28,430 nucleotides of DNA, taken from the IMG/VR virus record IMGVR_UViG_3300037991_003291, positions 1 through 28,430 of that record, one strand, 5' to 3'. Each line of letters begins with the position of its first letter. Position 1 is the stretch's first letter. Source of the DNA: a virus (lineage: Duplodnaviria > Caudoviricetes). Position numbers and translations under genes: made by a program. Below are positions 10,204-18,107 of this stretch, piece after piece. The notes beneath the pieces are model-generated. The model saw only the letters and a program-made list of their open reading frames with translations, did not search any database and had not been told where the DNA came from.

Positions 10204-10509
10204 TTACTCCTTACCACCAACACCACTACCTTTACTAACACCACCACTATACTCTATTACACTACCGTTTGCATCCATTAGTCTAATATTACTATACAGC
10301 TGTTGATACTGGTCAGCAAAGTCAAGTGGCACATATACACTAAATGACTTGCCTTGAACATCATATTGCAACTCTACCATATTCCCCATGCGTACCAACT
10401 TATGATTCCCACAGTTACATGGCTTGTCTCCACACTCTGGACAAAATACCGCCCTTGGTTCTGAATCACAATCGCATGGGTCACACTCACACACATCACA
10501 ACGCATCAA
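10204..10509 (-). CDS. small Cys-rich (metal-binding?) protein
   Basis: CDVCECDPCDC..CPECGDKPCNC N-terminus; ATGA overlap with the TerL stop. Confidence 0.65.
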   Translation of the reverse strand: MMRCDVCECDPCDCDSEPRAVFCPECGDKPCNCGNHKLVRMGNMVELQYDVQGKSFSVYVPLDFADQYQQLYSNIRLMDANGSVIEYSGGVSKGSGVGGKE

Positions 10510-12014
10510 TATCTCCTGTGCAACTGTGGACTTACTCCACCTGACTGCTGTACCCTATCCGCTTTGCGTGCTATAATCCACTCCGGTAGGTATGCACTCT
10601 GCTTTAACTTAACACTGTTTAAACACCAGTACGCCAATGACATCGCCATAGCACTGTCACAGTGAGTATCCATATCATCACCAAACTTAAGTATACCCTT
10701 CTCATCTACCGTTATACTTCGCAACTCAGTTACAGTAATATTGTCTATCATATGTATACTACCTGTCTGTATACCCTTCTTAAGATTCTCAAACAACAAT
10801 GGCTTGGTTCTAGCTGTCGTCAAAAAGTCCTTTCCTGTATGTGCGTCTAACCAAAACCTATGAAAACCCTGATACTTTAACTCCTGTATCGTTGCCAATC
10901 CATAGTTGTTACTTTCTACCAATACCAATGCATTGTTGTATGTCACACTCATATCATAGATGTAATCTGCCAACTGTACTGGGCTTACCATGTTGCTTCT
11001 AAATATACACACAGGTTGTAATGTCATCCTAGATACACAAAACACTACTGCATAATCTCTACCAACACCACCACTAACATCTACACCTATCGCATACGAA
11101 TCATCTGGGTTAGCATTGTCAAACGTGGTCCACTCTGTAGGCTGTACCTGTACTATGTTTACATGCTCAAAATCTTGGGCTGTAAAGTATGTATTCCCAC
11201 TTATACGATATGCCTCATCCAATGATAAAGGATACTCACGTACAAACTTTTCCCAACCTAGCTTGCTTATCTTCTCACGTCTCCATGCTATCTGACCAAG
11301 GGTTAAACCATACCTTACCTGTAGCTTTGTCTCCTCCTCTGATAGGTCTAGGCCTATGTCCTCCATACTGTATTCACTATGCATAAACCAAGGAAAGAAT
11401 AGATATGTCCAATGGGCCTCCCCTGTATGATACTTGTTTATCTCTTTCCATAATGCATCATTGTAATAGTTTGCTGTAGACTCTATTACTAACTGTCCAT
11501 CATTCAATGCACTTATAGCAGTGGCCTTAAGTTCTTCTGGATTCTCTGCAAATGCATACTCTGAGATATGAAGCATAGAACATGTATAACTACGTAGACC
11601 ACCTGCCTGAGTTGCTGCAGCTGCAACAATACGACCACCACCCTTGAATGATAGCTCTGTTGTGTTGTCTATATCCAATGGTCTTTTAAGTACTTCTGGT
11701 AAGTATTGATAGAATCGTTTGTGTATGTGTAATAGATGTTTACTAGATGCAATCTTGTACGATAGTATCACACAAGTTAAAGGAGTAGTCGCTGTGTAGG
11801 CCTTCCAAAACATATAAGCACAAACAACCGTACTACTGCCAATCTGTCGAGGCTTAAGTATCAAAGTATCGTCACCAAGCTGTAAGCCGTTGATTATCTC
11901 TATTTGTTCAGCATTTAGTCTTAAAGGGACTACCTTACCACGCTTGTTAACTATGTTTAACCTGCTGATAAACTCAAACGGATCCGAAAAGATATTGTTT
12001 ACTTGCTCAATCAT
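10506..12014 (-). CDS. terL: terminase large subunit
   Basis: Walker A LKPRQIGSST, Walker B LHISEYAF, coupling motif IESTAN, nuclease motifs IGVDVSGGVGRDY, VESNNYG and HCDSAMAM; start reassigned to MIEQVNN (GGAG RBS). Confidence 0.95.
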   Translation of the reverse strand: MIEQVNNIFSDPFEFISRLNIVNKRGKVVPLRLNAEQIEIINGLQLGDDTLILKPRQIGSSTVVCAYMFWKAYTATTPLTCVILSYKIASSKHLLHIHKRFYQYLPEVLKRPLDIDNTTELSFKGGGRIVAAAATQAGGLRSYTCSMLHISEYAFAENPEELKATAISALNDGQLVIESTANYYNDALWKEINKYHTGEAHWTYLFFPWFMHSEYSMEDIGLDLSEEETKLQVRYGLTLGQIAWRREKISKLGWEKFVREYPLSLDEAYRISGNTYFTAQDFEHVNIVQVQPTEWTTFDNANPDDSYAIGVDVSGGVGRDYAVVFCVSRMTLQPVCIFRSNMVSPVQLADYIYDMSVTYNNALVLVESNNYGLATIQELKYQGFHRFWLDAHTGKDFLTTARTKPLLFENLKKGIQTGSIHMIDNITVTELRSITVDEKGILKFGDDMDTHCDSAMAMSLAYWCLNSVKLKQSAYLPEWIIARKADRVQQSGGVSPQLHRRY

Positions 12015-12292
12015 AGAATACTCCGTGCTGTATATGCAGCAACGTTCCACAAATCGCTTCGGTATGTTGCAACTATAGCATGAAAGTGTTCATGCTGTAA
12101 ACGTAGCAACCCGACCGATTCGCTACACTGGATATTGCTGCAAAACCAACAAATCAATGTGGCCTTCTGTTTAGATACCATTCGATAACCCTCCCTTAAC
12201 GCTGCCTAGATATTGCTGTCCTTGCAACATGTGGCCCTTGGGATGTGGGATGCTGCACATGCAACATAGAGAACCCGGATGCTGCACATGCA

Positions 12293-12625
12293 TCATTTGG
12301 CCTTCGTCACCTTGGATGCTGCTTTTGCAACATTGCCATTTGCTGTTGCTGCGTCACTAGCATCTAACCATTGCTGCAATTGCAAAGTGGACATTGCTGC
12401 GTTTGCGTCATCGCCTAGTTTGGCCTCAACTTCTCGAGTGTGTAACAGCTTTACAAAGTCGCGTATATCTGAACCGCTGAAGGTCTCTATCTGACCATGC
12501 ACTTTGATTTCTTCGTGTGCAAGGGTGATAAAAGCCCATAGTAACCCGTTAATATTACGATTTCGAATACTTCTAGATATTAGAGTCTTTGGGGCCTCTA
12601 ACCTTCTTGTCTTTGTACCCTTCAT
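12293..12625 (-). CDS. putative terminase small subunit
   Basis: 110 aa from MKGTKTRR (AGGGG RBS); basic N-terminus, helical; nearest gene upstream of terL. The function call is positional only. Confidence 0.5.
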   Translation of the reverse strand: MKGTKTRRLEAPKTLISRSIRNRNINGLLWAFITLAHEEIKVHGQIETFSGSDIRDFVKLLHTREVEAKLGDDANAAMSTLQLQQWLDASDAATANGNVAKAASKVTKAK

Positions 12626-12813
12626 TTCTACCCCTTGATTAATATGGTTTATGTATGTATGGGATGCTGTATTTGCAACAATTTGTAAGTTATGCTGTAA
12701 TAGTAGCATAATATAGTGGTGATGGTGATGTTGCAAGTGCAGTATATATTTTGCTGTGTTTGCAATATGCTGTATTTGTGTCATTTGCTGTGATTGCAGT
12801 ATGCTGTAGACGC

Positions 12814-12844
12814 AAAAAACCCCTGACAATATCGTCAAGGGTTT
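12814..12844 (-). terminator. intrinsic terminator ending the leftward non-structural operon
   Basis: Minus strand AAACCCTTGAC-GATATT-GTCAGGGGTTT followed by TTT. Confidence 0.8.
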
Positions 12845-12928
12845 CATTGTTGTTATTGCAGTATGTTATCTATGCACAAGTGCAAGTTTGAACCATATTA
12901 AACAATATGAATACTACTAAATAGAATT

Positions 12929-13030
12929 TTAATTTATACATATCGCCACCCATGCAATGAATCTGAAGTACAATATTACATAGACAGGTATACATATCAG
13001 TATCATGACTCTAATCAATCTATCAATCAT
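12929..13030 (-). CDS. putative small membrane peptide (33 aa)
   Basis: MIDRLIRVMILICIPVYVILYFRFIAWVAICIN; ATGA overlap with the GP88 stop; AAGGTG upstream. Confidence 0.45.
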   Translation of the reverse strand: MIDRLIRVMILICIPVYVILYFRFIAWVAICIN

Positions 13031-13878
13031 GTTACACCTTCCGTATTGTTTAAGCCTAGCAAGCTCACCATAGCATCATAAGACATCACAAAGTCATTAT
13101 CGGTCTTCTTACCCTTGAAAGGAAGTAAAACATGTCTCGTTCTATCCTTAGGGCGTATATCGGATATATTACCATCTGTGAATATATCTGGATATTCTGA
13201 CATTAATCGAACCTTGTCTTTTTTAAGTACCACATAAGCCACGCGATCAAATCTATTAGCAATTTGTAATGTGCTTTTTTCATTCCAACTATATGTGTAA
13301 TGATGGTTCATTGTTTGGTCATTGACTGGTTTTTTGGTGTAGTCGTAGCCACCTAAGAAATTGAAGATATCCTCAAATAACAAATCAAAATCTATCACCC
13401 AATCAAATGGTAAATCAGATAGTCCATTTAATCTAAGATAAACAAATTTATTTTGCTTTTGATAGGTATAGCACAAAGTGTCTAAATCATTTATGAGATC
13501 GGATAAATATTGCTCAGTATACAAATACAGGGCTATGGTTTTATTGGTGTATGTTCTGTCAACGTTTAAGGCCAGTCTGCCAGTATAGCCCAAACATGAT
13601 TTTTTACAACCTTCTGAGGCAAATCTACAAACATTTAACCCGCTCACATGCTGAGCCGGTGCCAGATATTGAACTATTGCAACATGGCCATTTTGAATAT
13701 CAAATTTGTTACTGGGTACGGTTATGATATCTCTACGTTTACCAGAATCCAAAACCATCAAATCATTATATGTTAGATGTGAATATAATGATAATGCTGT
13801 AACACTGTCTGATTGCATGAATTTTTGAAATTGTGGTATGTTGTCGGTGATAATGTATTTTTGTGGATTGAATGGCAT
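13027..13878 (-). CDS. GP88-family protein (Cys-triad, divergent radical-SAM-like)
   Basis: YLAPA..NVCRFASEGCKKSCL.YTGR, RLNGLSD, YDYTK and YTYS motifs recalled as characteristic of phage gene product 88. Confidence 0.75.
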   Translation of the reverse strand: MPFNPQKYIITDNIPQFQKFMQSDSVTALSLYSHLTYNDLMVLDSGKRRDIITVPSNKFDIQNGHVAIVQYLAPAQHVSGLNVCRFASEGCKKSCLGYTGRLALNVDRTYTNKTIALYLYTEQYLSDLINDLDTLCYTYQKQNKFVYLRLNGLSDLPFDWVIDFDLLFEDIFNFLGGYDYTKKPVNDQTMNHHYTYSWNEKSTLQIANRFDRVAYVVLKKDKVRLMSEYPDIFTDGNISDIRPKDRTRHVLLPFKGKKTDNDFVMSYDAMVSLLGLNNTEGVT

Positions 13879-13904
13879 GATTTTGTCCTTGTTTGGTTGG
13901 TTGG

Positions 13905-14027
13905 TTATTGTTGTTTGGTTGCTGTTGAATATTGACGCAATAACTCGGATAATGAGCCGAAAACGTCTCCGTTAATGCAGAAATATATTTTTGTGTGTGT
14001 TGTATTGTGTTCGATAGTGTAAGTCAT
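13905..14027 (-). CDS. small hypothetical protein (40 aa, absent from the ORF track)
   Basis: MTYTIEHNTTHTKIYFCINGDVFGSLSELLRQYSTATKQQ; preceded by the conserved AACCAACCAACCAAGGACAAA leader; its stop abuts the next leader. Confidence 0.65.
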   Translation of the reverse strand: MTYTIEHNTTHTKIYFCINGDVFGSLSELLRQYSTATKQQ

Positions 14028-14074
14028 AATATTTGTCCTTGGTTGGTTGGTTGTTACTATTGTAGCCGGGTTTA

Positions 14075-14443
14075 TTAAAGTTCTACTGTCTCAGATTCAT
14101 ATTCAGAGTCGTCTTCGCTTGACTCTTCTTCGCTTGACTCTTCTTCGCTTGAATCCTCATCTATTTCAAGCTGTATAAATAAGACTTCGTATCGTTCACC
14201 GGCCTTATGGGACTCACAACATTCACAAGGTGCATTGCTGAAGCAGTTTGTAGTTCCGTTATTATATGCATAGCCGTATAGATCAGATAAAAAGTTAATT
14301 GATTTTTGTATAATTTCTATGCGTGCAGCTGCCTTTTCTGGTGTATCATACCATAAATCAAATGATGTAGTATCACCGGCTACAACTGTACTACACTCAT
14401 TACATACACTTAGTAGTGTGTGGTGTCCTGTAAATTGTCTCAT
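14075..14443 (-). CDS. hypothetical Zn-binding protein with acidic tail
   Basis: CNEC..FSNAPCECCES..AGER; Ser/Glu-rich C-terminus; AGGACAAA leader. Confidence 0.75.
   Translation of the reverse strand: MRQFTGHHTLLSVCNECSTVVAGDTTSFDLWYDTPEKAAARIEIIQKSINFLSDLYGYAYNNGTTNCFSNAPCECCESHKAGERYEVLFIQLEIDEDSSEEESSEEESSEDDSEYESETVEL
14112..14156. repeat. 15-bp tandem repeat x3 (TCTTCGCTTGACTCT) encoding SSEEE
   Basis: Two exact copies and one degenerate copy read directly. Confidence 0.9.
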
Positions 14444-14571
14444 AATTTTTGTCCTGTTTTATTGGTTGAATATTATTAGATAGTCAGACTACCTGTTACA
14501 AGTGTAGCCGATTCGGAAACAAAAACCAAACAAAATAAATTCTTTTTTTCAAAATAGTTTTATCATTAAAC

Positions 14572-14649
14572 CGCGCACACACACACACGCGCGCACACAC
14601 ACACGCGCACACACGCGCGCGCGCACACACACGCATACACACACATATG
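14572..14649. repeat. 78-bp perfect alternating purine-pyrimidine (CA/CG) tract
   Basis: CGCGCACACA..CGCATACACACACATATG with no break in alternation. Confidence 0.95.
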
Positions 14650-14676
14650 GCACTGGAGCGCGAATGGCACTGGAGC
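14647..14676 (+). repeat. 13-bp direct repeat ATGGCACTGGAGC x2 (17-bp period)
   Basis: Copies at 14647 and 14664. Confidence 0.9.
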
Positions 14677-14680
14677 AGTT

Positions 14681-14696
14681 TGGCATGAATCTTGCT
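14681..14696 (+). promoter_or_regulatory. sigma54 (RpoN) -24/-12 promoter-like site
   Basis: TGGCATGAATCTTGCT versus consensus TGGCACG-N4-TTGCW; exact GG-N10-GC spacing; intergenic, facing the rightward operon. Confidence 0.65.
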
Positions 14697-14748
14697 ATAT
14701 AGTGTAATTAGTATAGTATTATATAGGCAGAGATTTAATATCCCTACC

Positions 14749-14821
14749 ACCACCACCACTAAAAATAAATATTTCAATAGTGTTATAGTATAGTAATAGT
14801 GGGAATAGTAGTGGTGGTGGT
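14749..14821. repeat. 13-bp inverted repeat ACCACCACCACTA / TAGTGGTGGTGGT around an AT-rich 47-nt spacer
   Basis: Arms at 14749-14761 and 14809-14821. Confidence 0.8.
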
Positions 14822-14855
14822 ATAAGATATTTCAAATTTATTTTAAAAATAATAC

Positions 14856-14884
14856 TTGACACTACTGTAACATTGAATTAAGTA
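14856..14884 (+). promoter_or_regulatory. sigma70-like promoter for the rightward operon
   Basis: Perfect TTGACA after an AT-rich UP-like tract; the -10 is weak (TAAGTA at 17 bp). Confidence 0.5.
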
Positions 14885-14935
14885 GTTAGTATACCCATTG
14901 GGTATTACAACCAACAACCAACCAACGAGGACATC

Positions 14936-15364
14936 ATGCTACAATGTATTTACATAGAATGGAACCTAGGCAACCACACCTATACAATGACAGTAAACCT
15001 ATCAGACGAACACAGGGAGCAGTCACTACAATCACTGCAAAACTGGATATTCGAAAACATACACAGAATCGAATCTTGGACATTTGTCGACTTACCGCCT
15101 AACTCTGGATCCCTAATGGACGCTGTTGAGCCGATAATACAACTGAATAGTACATATCTAGTAATCCAAAAAGGATATTACATTTTTGGACACGGATACA
15201 GCAAAGAGCAGGCTGTTGAGGATATGAAACGATGGATGGACTCGGATAGTCCATTACAGGAGGCAACGCCAGAGGATATGCAAGACTCCTACCACCAAGC
15301 AAACGATGGAGACATGGTGTTGGTAGAATCGACACCAGAACTACTAGAGACGTACAACAACTAA
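14936..15364 (+). CDS. hypothetical protein
   Basis: 142 aa; conserved CAACCAACCAACGAGGACA leader. Confidence 0.8.
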   Translation: MLQCIYIEWNLGNHTYTMTVNLSDEHREQSLQSLQNWIFENIHRIESWTFVDLPPNSGSLMDAVEPIIQLNSTYLVIQKGYYIFGHGYSKEQAVEDMKRWMDSDSPLQEATPEDMQDSYHQANDGDMVLVESTPELLETYNN

Positions 15365-15389
15365 CAACCAACCAACGAGGACAAACACG

Positions 15390-15791
15390 ATGCAAGTAGA
15401 TAAAACATTAATCAATGAAGAAGCTCAAAAGTTTCTTACAAGTTCAATCAATAATACACCGGTTACAGCAGGTATTGCGAACGGTGAGATCAAACGAGTG
15501 GTAGTTATTATCGATGAAAATTGTGAACTTGAGGGTGCTGAGGGTAGAGTGGCTGTATTCTACCATAACATGCAACAGTTTACAAATCATCAGGAGCTAC
15601 AAACTACACGACCACTGGAGCTATTTTCATTCGAACTCGAATTTACTACTGATAACGACGAGGGCCAGCAGGTCAGAGAATTTGATTTTTGGCTAGACCT
15701 GACAGATGATTTTGATTCGATCGGCGATGAATGGAAAGACAAAAAATCGGAAAGAATGTCTGATTCTGAATTTCTAAAAACTTGGATGTAA
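15390..15791 (+). CDS. hypothetical acidic protein
   Basis: 133 aa; conserved leader; Asp/Glu-rich. Confidence 0.8.
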   Translation: MQVDKTLINEEAQKFLTSSINNTPVTAGIANGEIKRVVVIIDENCELEGAEGRVAVFYHNMQQFTNHQELQTTRPLELFSFELEFTTDNDEGQQVREFDFWLDLTDDFDSIGDEWKDKKSERMSDSEFLKTWM

Positions 15792-15827
15792 TCAGTAAAC
15801 AACAACCAACCAACAAGGACACAAACA

Positions 15828-16484
15828 ATGACACTACGTACAGCCAAGGGCAACAAACCAATCACGATAACATCATGGTGTATCGTATTCCCACACAACG
15901 GGGGTACAATGGTACAGGTCATGGGAGAACGCATACACCTAGTCAATGGGTATGAGGAGACACTACAGAAGCTTGGCCTGACTGATTCTGGAGCGAACCA
16001 GCAACACGCACAGGCACTGGAGCCACCTATGGAAAATAGTGGTGGTGGTGCTAGAGAACGGGTCAATATGAGTATTGAATGTAATGGGCACAGTATAGCC
16101 ATCGATCCCAAATGTGACATAGCCGTAGCGCAGAGCGTTATGAGGGATGATAACTGTCGAAAGATTATTGCACACTATGTAGAGCAGTATGAACTCTATC
16201 ACGGCAGACTGCCTAGCTACATAAATGACAGGAGCATGGGCAAAATATATAAACATCGCAACCAGTCTGACATCGTAATACAGGTTCTGACATGGCATTT
16301 CAATAGCAATCATAGACGTGCTATGTATTTTCGAACTGAGGGTATGTGGGATGCTGCTGTCAGCCTAAAGGAACTGGAGCAAAATTACCAGTATATTCTA
16401 GAGGAGCAAACACGTACGTCACAAGAGACAGAAGGAACCGGACTGCCAACATTAAAATTCGATGGGGAGGGTAATCTGATATGA
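15828..16484 (+). CDS. hypothetical protein, possibly replication initiator-like
   Basis: 218 aa with conserved leader; helical C-terminal domain; coupled (ATGA) to the Zn-finger gene. The function is a guess. Confidence 0.55.
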   Translation: MTLRTAKGNKPITITSWCIVFPHNGGTMVQVMGERIHLVNGYEETLQKLGLTDSGANQQHAQALEPPMENSGGGARERVNMSIECNGHSIAIDPKCDIAVAQSVMRDDNCRKIIAHYVEQYELYHGRLPSYINDRSMGKIYKHRNQSDIVIQVLTWHFNSNHRRAMYFRTEGMWDAAVSLKELEQNYQYILEEQTRTSQETEGTGLPTLKFDGEGNLI

Positions 16485-17275
16485 ATAAAAAGAAAAGAGA
16501 AAGTAGACTACGCACCATTCAACTGGTCATGATAACCTTTCGGCACAACTTTGGCCGTAAAGAAGACTGGGTACAACACATGAAGCGAAGTTGGGCAGCT
16601 AAACTATTGCACCTACCACAAACAGATGAAGAGTTGATTGATATCATGGATAACATGTGTACCAAGCACTATGTCTATCCAAACACGGTAAATCTATCCG
16701 ACTACCTTAAGGAGATTGAGAAGTACGTTGGTGAAAATGGTGGCACTGGATTGACTGGTAACGTCTACGAGTTCTGTCCTGATTGTGAGCACAGCAGTGG
16801 AGTTATAGACACATGTACATGGTACGTCAAAGACGGGCAGGAGAAGGTCCGCAGCTACTGCTGCTCGTGTACCTGTTCTGGAGCTAGAGCCAAGTACAGT
16901 AAAATGTTGACATGGCAGGAGCTGAAGCAAAACGCTGAGCAGTCACACATGGACGGTAGCATAGAGCTGGTTCATTTCTACCACACCAGTAGACGCATGC
17001 AACGTCTACCGTACAGTATCACCAATCCCATACACCACGCTCAGGTGCAAGCCAGACTAGAGGAGGATGCCAAGCAAGGGATTCCAAATCCTAACTTGAC
17101 AATAGTTGCCACTATGGTTACAGGTAGTGGTATACAAATGGACAACCGTGGTAATGTTATTGGTGAAAAATACATACCACCGGAACAGCCAAAGATACAA
17201 CCACAACCACAACTACAACCTACAACCAATACACACAGTGGTATGTCAGACGAAGAGTTCTGGCGCAACCACTAG
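16481..17275 (+). CDS. Zn-finger protein, possibly helicase-loader related
   Basis: Helical N-terminus, then CPDC..G..CCSCTC; Pro/Gln-rich tail; no Walker A. Confidence 0.55.
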   Translation: MNKKKRESRLRTIQLVMITFRHNFGRKEDWVQHMKRSWAAKLLHLPQTDEELIDIMDNMCTKHYVYPNTVNLSDYLKEIEKYVGENGGTGLTGNVYEFCPDCEHSSGVIDTCTWYVKDGQEKVRSYCCSCTCSGARAKYSKMLTWQELKQNAEQSHMDGSIELVHFYHTSRRMQRLPYSITNPIHHAQVQARLEEDAKQGIPNPNLTIVATMVTGSGIQMDNRGNVIGEKYIPPEQPKIQPQPQLQPTTNTHSGMSDEEFWRNH

Positions 17276-17283
17276 GAGACAAA

Positions 17284-17775
17284 ATGTACTACAATATAGA
17301 TGACCTAAACTGGGTACTACTCAGACTACAGGACCTAGCCACTGACCCTGCCATGCGCACAGTGTTTGAGCGCACACAGGTCAGCCTCAATGTTCTGGCC
17401 ATACAAATGGGTCAGCCTGCCTTAGACAGGGAGATTGACAAACACCAACAGACAAAAACATTTCGAGACATAGAACAGTTAGACGAGGATATAAAAACCA
17501 GACTGGAGCGCATGACGGACCTAGGGCTGGTACCTCGTAGAGGCAACCCAAACTTCAATGGCCTATCGATGTATGTCAACCCACAGTGGCCCGATGTCCC
17601 ATATCCTCACCAATTCCATCATGCCATATACCTGAGTGACAGCATAGAGAAGGGGCTGTACTACGACATCACAATATACCACGACGGAACATTGTCATGG
17701 TATATGGAAAATGAATGTATCTACACCCTGCTAGAACAGGCACGGGAGTATATGAGAACCAAGGGCCTATTATGA
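17284..17775 (+). CDS. hypothetical protein
   Basis: 163 aa; AGGAGA RBS. Confidence 0.75.
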   Translation: MYYNIDDLNWVLLRLQDLATDPAMRTVFERTQVSLNVLAIQMGQPALDREIDKHQQTKTFRDIEQLDEDIKTRLERMTDLGLVPRRGNPNFNGLSMYVNPQWPDVPYPHQFHHAIYLSDSIEKGLYYDITIYHDGTLSWYMENECIYTLLEQAREYMRTKGLL

Positions 17776-18107
17776 TTTTAGAAACAATAGAGGAGATCGT
17801 AGAGCTGTGGAAGCTACGCTCAATGTTTCCAGACAAAGAAGAGCTTCTCAAAAAATGCATGACGGATGTACAAATAACCATGGGTCCAGATGGATCTATG
17901 GTAGGACACTACCCTAAATGGACATGTGTTATCGACGAGAATGGATACACATGTACCTGTCCTGACCACCAATACCGAGGCAGTATGTGCAAACATTTAG
18001 GAGCACTGGCCACAAGAATCAACAACAACTGGAGCGAAGAGTTCCAACAACCAAACGAGGATAAAAATGAAACAAAGGAAACAAATGAAAGTAGGGAATA
18101 TAGTTAG
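17772..18107 (+). CDS. SWIM zinc-finger protein
   Basis: CTCPDHQYRGSMCKH fits CxCx(n)CxH; start reassigned to MILETIEE (ATGA overlap). Confidence 0.85.
   Translation: MILETIEEIVELWKLRSMFPDKEELLKKCMTDVQITMGPDGSMVGHYPKWTCVIDENGYTCTCPDHQYRGSMCKHLGALATRINNNWSEEFQQPNEDKNETKETNESREYS

Larger units (their letters stand above)
12026..12863. repeat. dispersed 16-bp box array, consensus TGCTG-N4-TGCAACA (~19 copies)
   Basis: Exact copies at 12214, 12251, 12317, 12665. Degenerate copies at 12026, 12065 (inverted), 12093, 12136, 12280, 12341, 12372, 12395, 12693, 12729, 12752, 12768, 12786, 12802, 12848. Confidence 0.85.

Noticed and set aside
12626-12847. N-terminal extension of the 184-aa ORF with a His run
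   Set aside because: It runs through a terminator and the box array. The His run comes from the GGTGAT motif, and a better RBS and start exist at 12625.
12026-12863. Box array as a CRISPR array or LexA SOS boxes
   Set aside because: Units are 16 bp, degenerate and irregularly spaced, with no cas genes. The core is CTG-N6-CAG, not the E. coli CTG-N10-CAG.
14496-14777. 93-aa ORF with VCAR/VCAC repeats
   Set aside because: It is a translation of the dinucleotide tract and (GGT)n in the control region, with no RBS; spurious.
14907-15821. Leader GGA motifs as CsrA/RsmA sites
   Set aside because: Only some copies fit ANGGA and none sits in a hairpin loop; an SD role explains the GGA.
15590-16120. 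176-aa minus-strand ORF and similar antisense ORFs in the track
   Set aside because: They lie antisense to well-supported genes and lack RBSs or motifs.
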